Both the position numbers and the translations under genes were made by a program. The notes under the pieces were generated by a model. That model did no database searches. It had not been told where the DNA came from and saw only the letters and a program-made list of their open reading frames with translations. From positions 118,219-182,218 of the forward strand of contig CAYOSQ010000002.1 of NCBI GenBank assembly GCA_964406665.1: a stretch of DNA of 64,000 bases, written 5' to 3'. Positions within the stretch are counted from its first letter, which is position 1. Each line of letters opens with the position of its first letter. The stretch is from an uncultured Planctomycetia bacterium. GTDB lineage: Bacteria; Omnitrophota; Gorgyraeia; VGKH01; JBHPFN01. This document shows, piece after piece, positions 9,680-19,992 of this stretch.

Positions 9680-10459
9680 TTACTTGATGACGACTAGGAC
9701 ATCTTCGAGTTTAGATAAATCTGCAGTGGGCTTAATTAAGCAAAAGCGCATGAGACCGTTGGGGTCTTCGAAAATTTCCTCTACTTCTCCAATGAGGATA
9801 CTCTTAGGTAGTAAGCCTCCTAAGCCGGATGTAATTACTTTATCTGAAATACTTATGTCAGAAGATAAAGATAAATAGCTCATGCGGCAGCGACCATCCA
9901 AGGTACCTGCGACTATTCCTTCTTCTCTGTTGCGCTGGACCAAAGAGGCAATTCCGATATTGATATCGTTTATTAAAAGCACTCTGCTTGATAAGCTTCC
10001 GACTTCTACAACTTTTCCAATGAGACCACCATCTGCAATAACTGCAGCGTCAGTTGAAATTCCGAGTTTTTTTCCGCCTCCAATAATTATGTTCGATTTC
10101 CAGTTTGAGGGATCTCTGCCAATTACAGGCACGGTGATTAATTTTAAATTGGAACGCTTTTTGTAAGAAAGTAATTTTTTTAGTCTTTCGTTTTCTTTTA
10201 ATGTTTCTTCGAGTTTAAGAATATCGGATTTTATGCTTCCAAGGTCTTTCCTAAGAGATTCATTTTCTTTTAGACAAGAACCGCAGGAAAAAAGTGACTT
10301 TACTGAGTTTGATATTTTAGATGTTAGTTTTAAGGGGAATTTAAAAATATCAACAACTAAAAGTTTAAATGGTGCTATGAAGAATGGTTGCGCTAGGAAA
10401 ATAAGCGAAAGGATTACAGCAGATATTAAAAAAATAGTTCGTTTTTTGAGCCTGATCAC
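9680..10459 (-). CDS. mreC: Rod shape-determining protein MreC.
   Basis: N-terminal TM, a coiled-coil, then a beta-rich periplasmic domain. It sits downstream of mreB. Confidence 0.75.
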   Translation of the reverse strand: MIRLKKRTIFLISAVILSLIFLAQPFFIAPFKLLVVDIFKFPLKLTSKISNSVKSLFSCGSCLKENESLRKDLGSIKSDILKLEETLKENERLKKLLSYKKRSNLKLITVPVIGRDPSNWKSNIIIGGGKKLGISTDAAVIADGGLIGKVVEVGSLSSRVLLINDINIGIASLVQRNREEGIVAGTLDGRCRMSYLSLSSDISISDKVITSGLGGLLPKSILIGEVEEIFEDPNGLMRFCLIKPTADLSKLEDVLVVIK

Positions 10460-10474
10460 ATGAATTCAGTAAAA

Positions 10475-11548
10475 CTAAAATTCTAATTTGGTGGAAACTA
10501 CAACTCGTTTTAAATATTTAATTTCGTCTAAGACTTTTCCCGTACCAATAGCAACTGCGGTAAGTGGGTCGTCAGCTATGTGAACTGGAAGGCCAGTATG
10601 TTCTGAAATCAATTGGTCAATGCCTCGTAAAAGTGAGCCGCCACCAGCAAGAATGATTCCACGTTCAATTAAATCTGCGGCTAGCTCAGGAGGTGTTCTC
10701 TCGAGTGTAACTTTAGCAGCTTCTAAAATTTCTTGAATTGGTTCAGCTAGGGCTTCTCTAACTTCGCTAGATGATACTTCGACCATTTTAGGTAGTCCGG
10801 CTACCAGGTCTCTTCCTTTGACCTCCATGGTAAGCTCTTCATCTAAAGGATAAGCTGAGCCAATGCGGATTTTAATTTCTTCAGAAGTTCTTTCACCAAC
10901 CATAAGATTATATGACTTTTTCATATATTCGATTATAGCCTGGTCCATTTCATCGCCACCGATGCGTATTGATCTAGAAAACACTATGCCTGCAAGTGAA
11001 ATAATAGCCATCTCTGTTGTTCCCCCGCCAATATCAATAATCATGCTTCCCTGGGGTTCAACAATGGGTAAGCCAACACCTATTGAAGCAGCCATAGGTT
11101 CTTCTACCAAGAACACTGCTCTTGCTCCTGCGCGCTCGGCTGAATCTCGCACAGCTCTTTTTTCAACTTCTGTAATACCTGATGGAATAGCAATTACCAT
11201 TCTCGGGCGTACAAGAACTGTCCTTTTATGGACCTTTTTAATAAAATACCGAAGCATAGCCTCGGTAATTTCAAAATCAGCAATAACACCATCTTTCATC
11301 GGGCGAATAGCAACAATACTTCCAGGGGTTCTTCCTAGCATCCTCTTGGCTTCTTCACCTACTGCTAAAACATGGTTGGTATCTTTCTGTATAGCCACTA
11401 CAGATGGCTCACAAAGAACAACTCCCTCGCCCTTTACGTAAACTAGGGTGGTAGCGGTACCAAGGTCTATTCCCATATCATTAGAAAAAAGACCTAAAGC
11501 GTAGTTTAATATTTTTTTTGCTATTTTGATTAGTTTTTGGAGATTCAT
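10475..11548 (-). CDS. mreB: Actin-like rod shape-determining protein MreB.
   Basis: The N-terminus reads [19 protein letters not shown]. It has the full actin/Hsp70 fold signatures. Length is 357 aa. Confidence 0.95.
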   Translation of the reverse strand: MNLQKLIKIAKKILNYALGLFSNDMGIDLGTATTLVYVKGEGVVLCEPSVVAIQKDTNHVLAVGEEAKRMLGRTPGSIVAIRPMKDGVIADFEITEAMLRYFIKKVHKRTVLVRPRMVIAIPSGITEVEKRAVRDSAERAGARAVFLVEEPMAASIGVGLPIVEPQGSMIIDIGGGTTEMAIISLAGIVFSRSIRIGGDEMDQAIIEYMKKSYNLMVGERTSEEIKIRIGSAYPLDEELTMEVKGRDLVAGLPKMVEVSSSEVREALAEPIQEILEAAKVTLERTPPELAADLIERGIILAGGGSLLRGIDQLISEHTGLPVHIADDPLTAVAIGTGKVLDEIKYLKRVVVSTKLEF

Positions 11549-11606
11549 TTTTAGCTCCTGTAGATTTAATAATAATATCGTAAAACCTGTTGTCTGTCAA
11601 TAGTTT

Positions 11607-12896
11607 TTAAGCCTGATTAAATTCTGCTCCGAGCTTGGATAAGTCCATGAGGAAGTCGGGATAGGATTTATTGATGCATTTAATGTTGCTTACCGTAACA
11701 CCAATTTTTAGCCCCAGTATGCAAAATGCCATAGCTAGCCTATGGTCATTGTGCGGATTTAAGGTTTTACCAGTGATTAGTTTACAATTAGGATAAATAA
11801 TCAGACTACCTCTCGTCTCTTTAATTCTTGCGCCGACTTTTTCGAGCTCTACTCTTAAGTCGCTTATTCTATTTGACTCTTTTGTTCTAGTGTGCTCTAT
11901 GCCGTAAATTTCAGTTTTGCTATTGGCGAAAAGGGCCAAAACTGACAATATGGGCACTAAATCTGGACAATCTCTACAAAATAGCTTGGCACCTTTTATT
12001 TTTGAAGACTTTAATATGGTTAAGCCGCTTTTGCTAATTTTATATTTAACTCCCATGCTTTTAAGCATAGGCAATATTTTCATATCAGCTTGGACAAAAT
12101 CATCTTTCTTTAAATTGTTGAAATAAATTTTAAAGTTATTTATGGCAGAAGCCACCATAAAAAAAGCACCTAGACCGTAATCGCCAGGAATATTAAAGTT
12201 TTTCAAAGCTTTGTATTTCTGATTTCCCCTAACTTTAAATTCTCGAGAATTACTTTTTTTTACATGAATCCCAGCTTTTTTTAAAGATAAGATAGTCATA
12301 TCGATGTAAGGGTTGGAAACCAAGCAGCTCCCTTTGATTTTTACAATCGAGTCTTTGGATAAAAAAGGACCAAGAATTAAAAGCGAAGAAATAAATTGAG
12401 AGCTGAGCCTTCCGTCAATTACAATGCGACCACCTTTCAGACTTCCTTTTTTTACATTAATAGGAGTGCAGTGATTTTTTCCTGTTCCAGATATTTTAGC
12501 ACCTTGTTTTTTTAAAACATCAATCAGTGGTTTATTTGGTCTAGAATTTAAAGTACCGGAACCTAATATTTTGGTGTTGTTTTTTGTCAGGGATGCTATG
12601 GAAAGCAGAAAGCGTAACGTAGTACCAGATTCTTTTACATTAAACGTTTTTGGAAATTTAATTTTCCCTTCAACGCCAGAAATCATACAAGAAGATTTAT
12701 TCAGAAATTTGATTTTTGCACCAAGTTGTCTACAGACATTAATTGATGCTTCTACATCGTCACATAAAGAAAGGTTTTTGATTGTTGATTTTTTTCCCAG
12801 AGAAGCTATGAATACAGCTCTGATGCTGTATGATTTTGAAGCTGGAGCAGAAATTTTTCCACTTAAGGAAAGATTCGGTTTTAAAACAAGGTTCAT
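11607..12896 (-). CDS. aroA: 3-phosphoshikimate 1-carboxyvinyltransferase (EPSP synthase).
   Basis: It has the EPSPS fold. GKISAPASKSYSIRAVFIA and HNDHRLAMAFCILGL match the AroA DHRMAMAF motif rather than MurA. It lies within an aromatic amino-acid gene neighbourhood. Confidence 0.75.
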   Translation of the reverse strand: MNLVLKPNLSLSGKISAPASKSYSIRAVFIASLGKKSTIKNLSLCDDVEASINVCRQLGAKIKFLNKSSCMISGVEGKIKFPKTFNVKESGTTLRFLLSIASLTKNNTKILGSGTLNSRPNKPLIDVLKKQGAKISGTGKNHCTPINVKKGSLKGGRIVIDGRLSSQFISSLLILGPFLSKDSIVKIKGSCLVSNPYIDMTILSLKKAGIHVKKSNSREFKVRGNQKYKALKNFNIPGDYGLGAFFMVASAINNFKIYFNNLKKDDFVQADMKILPMLKSMGVKYKISKSGLTILKSSKIKGAKLFCRDCPDLVPILSVLALFANSKTEIYGIEHTRTKESNRISDLRVELEKVGARIKETRGSLIIYPNCKLITGKTLNPHNDHRLAMAFCILGLKIGVTVSNIKCINKSYPDFLMDLSKLGAEFNQA

Positions 12897-13666
12897 TTTT
12901 TTACTTTTACGATGTCGCCTTCTTTTACCTTGTTTTTTACCGCGTCATCTAAAAAGCTAGCGACAGACATTGATTCTTCAACTTTTTCTATAACAATATC
13001 TCCGATAGGTTTATCTTTTTGAAAAACGGTAAAAACCAAACCTTGCATTATGTTGTCGCGGGAACCAAGGCTTATGACAATGAAATTATATGGCTTGTTA
13101 ACAACGATTACGCTACCATCTGAGAGATCAGCAGGAACGTCTTCAGGGCTAATAACAATTTTCTCAAGATCAACATCTTTTTGTAGATTAACCTGAGTAG
13201 ACTCAAGCTCTTTAACCTGTTTTTCCAGTTCTACTTTTAGCTCTTCACTTTTTTTGAGCTGCTCCTGAACTTTAGATAAATTTGCATTTAGATCGGATAA
13301 ATTCTTTAGCGCACTGTCCTTTGAGGCGACTTCATTTTTTAATGATGCTTTTAAATCGGAATTTTCATTAAACAGCCTATCAAAACCTTCTTTTGTAGTA
13401 TTTAGTTCTTTGGCGATTGCTACATTTTTGAGGTTTGATTCTTTCAGTTTATCATTATATTGATTGATGCTTTTTTGCAAACCATCCATATTCTTCTCAA
13501 GTCTGGCTTTTGCAAGTTCAGTTTTTTCAAGGGCTTGTTCAACAAGTACTCTCTTATCCATTTCTAACTTTAGGAAATACAATGAAGCTCCAGAAACCAA
13601 AAAGAAAAGAATTGCGATAATGGAAATTAAAACAGTAGCCGCCCCTAAGGATTTTCTTATGTTCAT
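12893..13666 (-). CDS. Hypothetical membrane-anchored coiled-coil protein with a C-terminal beta-rich domain.
   Basis: An N-terminal TM is followed by a long heptad-rich segment and a C-terminal segment VIVVNKPYNFIVISLG...GDIVKVKK. I do not recognise a confident family. Confidence 0.35.
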   Translation of the reverse strand: MNIRKSLGAATVLISIIAILFFLVSGASLYFLKLEMDKRVLVEQALEKTELAKARLEKNMDGLQKSINQYNDKLKESNLKNVAIAKELNTTKEGFDRLFNENSDLKASLKNEVASKDSALKNLSDLNANLSKVQEQLKKSEELKVELEKQVKELESTQVNLQKDVDLEKIVISPEDVPADLSDGSVIVVNKPYNFIVISLGSRDNIMQGLVFTVFQKDKPIGDIVIEKVEESMSVASFLDDAVKNKVKEGDIVKVKK

Positions 13667-13737
13667 CCTTCCTCCTTTTTAATTTACTTAATTTTGAATT
13701 ATTATATATTATTTACATGGGTAAAACAAGAGTATTC

Positions 13738-14628
13738 TTACAATTCTTCCAGATTAAAAGGAACTTGAGAATCAAACTTCATTAGCTCTTTCTTTTTTGG
13801 ATGAAGAAAAGCAATGCTTTTTGCGTGAAGGCACATCCTTCCTGATTTTCCTCCGCCGTACTTCAGGTCACCTAAAATTGGATGTCCTAAATGAGCGAGA
13901 TGGACTCTTAGTTGATGAGTTCTACCAGTAAAAGGCGTTAATTCTAATAATGTTGCATTCTCGAATCTTTTTATCACTTTGTATTTTGTTTTCGCATCTC
14001 TGGCGTTAAAAAACTTTACAGCAATTTTTTCTCTATTACGAGAATCTCTGCCTAAAGGTAATTCGATTATATCCTCGTTAAATTGTACAACACCCTTTAC
14101 AATAGCAATATATTTACGTTCTATTGTATGTTTTTGAAACTGTTTTGCTAATCCTATATGAGTGTAATTATTTTTTGCTACAACCAAAAGTCCTGAGGTA
14201 TCTTTATCTAATCTGTGGACGATTCCCGGCCTTAAGGGATGATTTACGTCTGAAAGGTTTTCGTAATGAAAAAGCAAAGCATTTACTAACGTACCCGAGT
14301 AATTTCCCGGAGCAGGATGAACTACCATGTTAATGGGTTTGTTAATAACTAGCAGGTCTTCATCTTCAAATACTATATCTAATGGTATATTTTCAGGCAA
14401 AACATTTGTGTCGTATTTCTGAGGAGTTACTTCTATGCTGATTTCATCTCCTGGCTTAACTTTATGGTGAGGTTTGATTATTTGATTATTGTTTATGCAG
14501 ACTTTTCCTGAAATAATTAATTTTTGAATAAAGCTACGAGAGCCGATATCCTGCAAGTATTTAAACAAAAAAACATCTAGTCTAGCTGAGCTATCTTGTT
14601 CAGTAGCTTTTAGGGTATAGTTTTCCAT
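13738..14628 (-). CDS. rluD: 23S rRNA pseudouridine synthase, RluA family (RluD-like), with an S4 domain.
   Basis: The catalytic motif HRLDKDTSGLLVVAKN is present, and the N-terminus is S4-like. Confidence 0.9.
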   Translation of the reverse strand: MENYTLKATEQDSSARLDVFLFKYLQDIGSRSFIQKLIISGKVCINNNQIIKPHHKVKPGDEISIEVTPQKYDTNVLPENIPLDIVFEDEDLLVINKPINMVVHPAPGNYSGTLVNALLFHYENLSDVNHPLRPGIVHRLDKDTSGLLVVAKNNYTHIGLAKQFQKHTIERKYIAIVKGVVQFNEDIIELPLGRDSRNREKIAVKFFNARDAKTKYKVIKRFENATLLELTPFTGRTHQLRVHLAHLGHPILGDLKYGGGKSGRMCLHAKSIAFLHPKKKELMKFDSQVPFNLEEL

Positions 14629-15071
14629 TTTGGAGTTAGTCTTAAGTACTGAATTATGATTATTAAAATACCGACAGTTATTGCAGAGTCAGCTACGTTG
14701 AAGACAGGCCAAATCCTAAAATCAAGAAAGTCAATCACATATCCAAATCTTAAGCGATCTATTAAATTGCCAATTGCACCAGCTAAAATTAAAAAAAGTG
14801 CAAACTTTTCCCACTTGTGAATTTTTTCTTTCTCTCTTCTGTTTATCACGCAATGGATAATAAAAGATATTGTTATAATTGATAAGAAGGCAAAAAGATG
14901 CGCTTGGTTCTTAAACATTCCAAAAGCTATTCCAGTATTGTGAACCAAGGTTAGATGGAAGACCCCTTTAATCACGGGGATAGTTTCACCGTAAGCAAGG
15001 AATATTGTTACGATGTGTTTGGAAGCTTGGTCAAGTGCAACAATTATTATTAAGGCGATTATCTCGAACAT
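14610..15071 (-). CDS. lspA: Lipoprotein signal peptidase II.
   Basis: Motifs NTGIAFG and FNVADSAITVG in a 4-TM protein. Confidence 0.9.
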   Translation of the reverse strand: MFEIIALIIIVALDQASKHIVTIFLAYGETIPVIKGVFHLTLVHNTGIAFGMFKNQAHLFAFLSIITISFIIHCVINRREKEKIHKWEKFALFLILAGAIGNLIDRLRFGYVIDFLDFRIWPVFNVADSAITVGILIIIIQYLRLTPKWKTIP

Positions 15072-15100
15072 TTATGATAATCGAACTGCCAAAAAGCAGT

Positions 15101-15484
15101 CTATTTGCTTTCCTGGAGCTTTTGACATTTTAAGCAATTCCTAGTATAGGGGATTGCCTTAAGGCGAGACTTTGATATATTTTTTTTGCAACTTTCACAG
15201 GTACCATAACTACCATCCTCGATCTTTTTAAATGCTTCAACAATCTCATAGAGAAGCTCCCTATCGTTAGAGGCAAGGCCCACCGAAAATTCTCTATCAA
15301 AAGTATCGGTGGCAGCATCTGCCATATGAAAAGAGTATCCCGAGATATCTCCTGCGGCTTCACGTTGAGATTGGTTCATAGCCGAAGCAGATATGCTTTT
15401 TATCTGATCCAAAAGATCTTCATTTTTTTTCTGAAGTAGTTTTTTGAATACTTGTAGATCCTTTTTTAACATTCTCTTTTTCAT
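15101..15484 (-). CDS. DksA/TraR-family C4 zinc-finger protein.
   Basis: The C-terminus reads CESCKKNISKSRLKAIPYTRNCLKCQ. The likely start is the ATG at 15484, which overlaps the ileS TGA stop as ATGA. The ORF track's longer call (start 15523) runs 43 nt into ileS. Confidence 0.7.
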   Translation of the reverse strand: MKKRMLKKDLQVFKKLLQKKNEDLLDQIKSISASAMNQSQREAAGDISGYSFHMADAATDTFDREFSVGLASNDRELLYEIVEAFKKIEDGSYGTCESCKKNISKSRLKAIPYTRNCLKCQKLQESK

Positions 15485-18285
15485 TGGTCCTCTCCTTTTA
15501 TTACATCTGCGCATCTCTTGCATATGGTTGTATGATCTTTTTCTTTACCTACAGTTTCGCTATAATTCCAACATCTTTGGCACTTTTCTCCACAAGCTTT
15601 TTCAATTTTTATTTTTGTCTCTTCTTTTTCTTTATTTTTATCAATTGCAACTTGAGAAACAATGAAAAGACCAGCTAGTTGTTCTTCAAGATTTTTAAAA
15701 TATACAAAATCGTTGTTGCTTACTAAAAAAACGACTTTGGCTTCCAGAGAACTACCAATTAACCCTTTGGCTCTTTCGTCTTCCAAAGCCTTCAAAACTT
15801 GAGGTCGAATTTTAATTATTTTATCAAGCTTTTCGTTAACAAGCTCTATGTCTTTAATTATTTTATTGCCATCCAAAATTTTGTCAAACGAAGGCCAATC
15901 TAAAACATGAACACTGTTGACTTCTTCAGTTTTCGGAATATGCTTATAGATTTCTTCAGCTGTAAACGGCATGATCGGAGTAACAATTTTAACTAAGGAC
16001 AATAAAATTTCATACATTACTGTTTGAGCTGCCCTGCGATTCAAAGAGCTTTTTCCGGCTGTGTAGAGCCTGTCTTTCAAAATGTCTAAATACACAGAGG
16101 ATAAATCTTCGTTACAAAAACTATATATCGTTTTATATACTTTGTAAAATTCAAAATTATCATAGGCTTCGGTTGTAGAATCAAGGGCAAGTTTTAATTT
16201 GTGCAGCGCCCATTTATCAATATCCAATAATTTTGAATAAGTAATTTTATCATTTTTCGGATTAAAGTCAAATAAATTCCCAATTAAGAAACGAACGGTG
16301 TTTCTTATTTTCCTATAGGCCTCTGTTAAGCGAGACAATATCTCATTGGAAATTCTTATGTCTTCCCTGTAATCACAGGATGAAACCCAAAGTCGTAAGA
16401 TGTCGGCGCCATATTTCTTTATGATTTCTTGCGGAGAAATAACATTACCTAAGGATTTCGACATTTTTCTACCATCTCCATCGACGACAAAACCATGAGT
16501 TAAAACAGATTCAAAGCATGGCTTGTTATCAATTGCCATCGAAGGAATTATTGATGCTTGAAACCATCCGCGATGTTGATCTGAGCCCTCAAGATAAAGT
16601 GAAGCCGGGAGGTCTCTTTTTTCTTTTAGTACGGCTTGATGACTTACTCCTGAGTCGAACCAAACATCAAGAATTTCATCTCCTTTTTCGAATTCATTCC
16701 CGCTACAGCTTGGACAAGTAAAATTGTTTGGTAATAGTTCTGAAATATCTCTTGAGAACCAAGCATCTGTTCCTTCTTTTGCAACCAGATCAGCAAAATG
16801 CTCAACGACTTCAGGAAATAAATCAAAATCGGAATCACATTTTCTACAGGAAATCGCAGGGATGGGTACTCCCCAGTATCTCTGCCTAGAAAGACACCAA
16901 TGAGGTCTATTTTCGACCATTGTGGCAATGCGGTTTTTTCCGATTGCGGGGATCCATTTAACGTTATTGCTGACAACTTTTAGTATGTTATTTCTGAGTT
17001 TATCATGATCAATATTTAAGAACCACTGTTTTGTTGCCCTGAAAATAATAGGAGTTTTGCATCTCCAGCAATGTGGATAGGAATGATTCATCTTAGAGCT
17101 AGACAACAAAATACCTTTTTTGCTTAGCTTATCAAGAATAATATCATTAGCCTTGAATACATGGATTCCACTAAGATCTCCGGCATAATCAGTAAACTTT
17201 CCTTTATTATCAACTGGCATAACTATATCTAGATTGTATTTTAAGCCAGTTTGATGATCTTCTTGTCCATGACCTGGAGCAGTATGAACTAAACCTGTAC
17301 CCTCATCCTTTGAGACATAATCAGCCATTACTACTTTGCAATCATCTTTTAAATTAAACGGGTGTGAATAAGCAATATTATTTAGCTGCTCTCCAGAAAC
17401 TTCTTTAATAATTTTGTAGTTTTGTATATTAGATTGTTCTAGCATACATGAAGCAAGGTTTTTCTCTGCAATTATGATTTCATCAGAACAATCAATCGCA
17501 ACATAGTTAAAGTTTGGATGTGCTGCAACAGCAACATTCGCAAGAAGAGTCCAGGGAGTAGTTGTCCAGATAACTAAAAAAACATCTTTTCTCTTAAAGG
17601 AATCATCTATGTTTCCTGGGTTTTTAATTTTAAATTTAACATATATTGATGGAGACGTATGGTCTTCATACTCTACCTCCGCCTCAGCAAGAGCTGTTTC
17701 ACAAACAGAACACCAGTTCACTGGTTTTAAACCACGGTAGATGTATCCTTTTTTTACCAGCTCGGATAAAGATTTAACGATCCAGTATTCGTAGTTATGA
17801 TTTAGCGTAAGATAGGGATTTTCCCAATCACCAAATATGCCAAGTCTTTTAAATTGTTCTTTTTGTTTGTTAACATATTTTAAGGCATAATTATGTGCTT
17901 TTTTTCGAAACTCAACTTGAGAAATTTGGTTTTTATTTTTTCCGAGTTCTTTAAAAAGCTGATGCTCTACAGGCAAACCGTGGCAGTCCCATCCTGGAAT
18001 ATAAGGAGCATCAAATCCACGCATAGTTTTATATTTAATAATTATGTCCTTTAAAGTTTTATTTAAAGCATGTCCAATATGAATATCGCCATTTGCATAA
18101 GGAGGTCCATCATGTAGGATAAACTTTTTTTTCCCTTTGTGGCTATCTCTGAGAATTTTGTAGATGTCCTGATTCTTCCACTCAGTGAGAATAGTTGGTT
18201 CCCTCTGGGGTAAATTTGCCTTCATGGGGAAGCTGATTTTTGGCAAATTCAAAGTATCTTTATAATTGATTTTATTTTCTGACAT
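15481..18285 (-). CDS. ileS: Isoleucyl-tRNA synthetase.
   Basis: HIGH motif (GDIHIGHALNK), KMSKS, a C-terminal zinc-binding CxxC...CxxC, and 934 aa. Confidence 0.95.
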   Translation of the reverse strand: MSENKINYKDTLNLPKISFPMKANLPQREPTILTEWKNQDIYKILRDSHKGKKKFILHDGPPYANGDIHIGHALNKTLKDIIIKYKTMRGFDAPYIPGWDCHGLPVEHQLFKELGKNKNQISQVEFRKKAHNYALKYVNKQKEQFKRLGIFGDWENPYLTLNHNYEYWIVKSLSELVKKGYIYRGLKPVNWCSVCETALAEAEVEYEDHTSPSIYVKFKIKNPGNIDDSFKRKDVFLVIWTTTPWTLLANVAVAAHPNFNYVAIDCSDEIIIAEKNLASCMLEQSNIQNYKIIKEVSGEQLNNIAYSHPFNLKDDCKVVMADYVSKDEGTGLVHTAPGHGQEDHQTGLKYNLDIVMPVDNKGKFTDYAGDLSGIHVFKANDIILDKLSKKGILLSSSKMNHSYPHCWRCKTPIIFRATKQWFLNIDHDKLRNNILKVVSNNVKWIPAIGKNRIATMVENRPHWCLSRQRYWGVPIPAISCRKCDSDFDLFPEVVEHFADLVAKEGTDAWFSRDISELLPNNFTCPSCSGNEFEKGDEILDVWFDSGVSHQAVLKEKRDLPASLYLEGSDQHRGWFQASIIPSMAIDNKPCFESVLTHGFVVDGDGRKMSKSLGNVISPQEIIKKYGADILRLWVSSCDYREDIRISNEILSRLTEAYRKIRNTVRFLIGNLFDFNPKNDKITYSKLLDIDKWALHKLKLALDSTTEAYDNFEFYKVYKTIYSFCNEDLSSVYLDILKDRLYTAGKSSLNRRAAQTVMYEILLSLVKIVTPIMPFTAEEIYKHIPKTEEVNSVHVLDWPSFDKILDGNKIIKDIELVNEKLDKIIKIRPQVLKALEDERAKGLIGSSLEAKVVFLVSNNDFVYFKNLEEQLAGLFIVSQVAIDKNKEKEETKIKIEKACGEKCQRCWNYSETVGKEKDHTTICKRCADVIKGEDQ

Positions 18286-19135
18286 ATTTTCCTATTAGGA
18301 TGTTTAAGTCTTTTTTGATTTTTTTAGGTATAAAATCTTTATTAGTTATAATGCCATATTTTAAAGCTGACGAGCACTCACAATTCTTTTTATTATCCAC
18401 ATATCTTAAAGTATTTTTAATTATTCTTTTGGAATTCTCAACGTTTTTTAGCAAGTTTTGAATTACCATGTCTACAGTTACATCTTCGCTGGATTCTCGC
18501 CAACAGTCATAATCTGTTATGGCAGCAAGTGTGGCATAACATATCTCTGCTTCCCTGGCAAGCCTGGCTTCTGTCATATTGGTCATACCAATAATATCCA
18601 TTCCCCAGGAACGATATAATTCAGATTCGGCTTTTGTAGAAAAAGCAGGTCCTTCCATGTTTATATATGTACCTCTTTTGTGAACGTTTAAATCCAAGCT
18701 TTTGGTAGCCTCATAAACAACTTTGGCTAACTCAAGGCAAATAGGTTGAGCAAAAGCAATATGGACAACGATACCGCCTGAGAAAAAAGTAGTTGGTCGG
18801 GCTTGATTGGTTCTATCAACGAACTGGTCCGGGATTACAAAATCCAAAGGCTTGAGTTCTTCCTTTAAGCTTCCACACGCTGTAACAGAAATTAATTTAT
18901 CAACACCAAGTTTTTTCATCCCAAAAACATTAGCGCGGAAATTTATCTCAGATGGAGGAATTCTATGGCCCTTTCCATGACGAGGAAGGAAAACAACTTC
19001 TTTGTCCTCCAAGACTCCAGTTATATATTTATCAGAAGGATATCCAAAAGGAGTCTTAACAGCAATTTCTTTGATGTTCTTGAGTCCTTCAATTTTGTAA
19101 AGGCCACTTCCTCCAATAATTCCGATTTTTGACAT
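18272..19135 (-). CDS. mtnP: S-methyl-5'-thioadenosine phosphorylase (PNP/MTAP family).
   Basis: KIGIIGGSGLY and TACGSL resemble the MTAP signature. Confidence 0.8.
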   Translation of the reverse strand: MSKIGIIGGSGLYKIEGLKNIKEIAVKTPFGYPSDKYITGVLEDKEVVFLPRHGKGHRIPPSEINFRANVFGMKKLGVDKLISVTACGSLKEELKPLDFVIPDQFVDRTNQARPTTFFSGGIVVHIAFAQPICLELAKVVYEATKSLDLNVHKRGTYINMEGPAFSTKAESELYRSWGMDIIGMTNMTEARLAREAEICYATLAAITDYDCWRESSEDVTVDMVIQNLLKNVENSKRIIKNTLRYVDNKKNCECSSALKYGIITNKDFIPKKIKKDLNILIGKYVRK

Positions 19136-19137
19136 TT

Positions 19138-19992
19138 TTATCTCCCTGATAATTCTTTTGCCCTGTTTACTGCGGCAACAACAGCTTCTTTTAAACTTCC
19201 CCCGCTTTTAAGAGTATTTATAGCTGCTTCAGTTGTTCCTCCTTTTGAAGAAACTTGTTTTTTTAGTTCTTCAGGAGTTAAGCCATCTTCCAATAAAGCT
19301 ATCGCACCATCAGCAGTTTGCTTTACCAATAAATTAGCTTGTCCTTGACTAAATCCAATATTTTCTGCAGCATTTATTAGCTCAGGGATAAATACTTTAG
19401 TATATTTTTTATAATCTTCTATTTTAGTAAGATTATTAATTTCCAAAAGTTGGCAAAAGTAACCCGAGCCACTTCCAGAAATTGCAGTTGCTTCATCCAT
19501 CATCGCTTCTTTTAAGACCAGGGTTTCTCCTAGGTGCTCGAAAAGGTCTTTTGTGAATTTCAAATCTTCATCAGTTGCCTTTTGACCTTTGCTTAAGCAC
19601 GACATCCCTTTTCTTACTTTTGCAGCTATATTGGGCATAACACGTATTACGCGGACATCATTTAATATGCTTTCGATATCTCTTGTTTTTATTCCTGCAG
19701 CGATAGAAACGACTAGCTTAGAATTTATGCCTGGAACTTCTTTTATTTCGTCTAATAACTCTCTAAAATCTTGCGGTTTGATGGCAAGAATAACTACTTC
19801 GGAATCATTGACTAATTTTTCAATCGATTCTGCCACATCTATCTTTAAAGCTTTTGCGCTGGCAGTCTTTGATTTATCTTTGTCAAAAGCCACGACGCTA
19901 AAATCTTTTTTTATGCTTTCGCAAATAGTAAAACCCATATTTCCAAAACCAATAATTCCAATTCTATTCATGTTTAAAGATAGCCCTTCCAA
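19138..19992 (-). CDS. proC: Pyrroline-5-carboxylate reductase.
   Basis: Rossmann motif RIGIIGFGNMG with a ProC C-terminal domain. Confidence 0.85.
   Translation of the reverse strand: MEGLSLNMNRIGIIGFGNMGFTICESIKKDFSVVAFDKDKSKTASAKALKIDVAESIEKLVNDSEVVILAIKPQDFRELLDEIKEVPGINSKLVVSIAAGIKTRDIESILNDVRVIRVMPNIAAKVRKGMSCLSKGQKATDEDLKFTKDLFEHLGETLVLKEAMMDEATAISGSGSGYFCQLLEINNLTKIEDYKKYTKVFIPELINAAENIGFSQGQANLLVKQTADGAIALLEDGLTPEELKKQVSSKGGTTEAAINTLKSGGSLKEAVVAAVNRAKELSGR

Noticed and set aside
11607-12896. Calling this EPSPS-fold gene MurA (UDP-GlcNAc enolpyruvyl transferase).
   Set aside because: The C-terminal HNDHRLAMAF motif and the N-terminal SKSYSIR match AroA rather than MurA. The gene also sits in an aromatic-amino-acid gene neighbourhood. 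Residual uncertainty remains because the two families share a fold.
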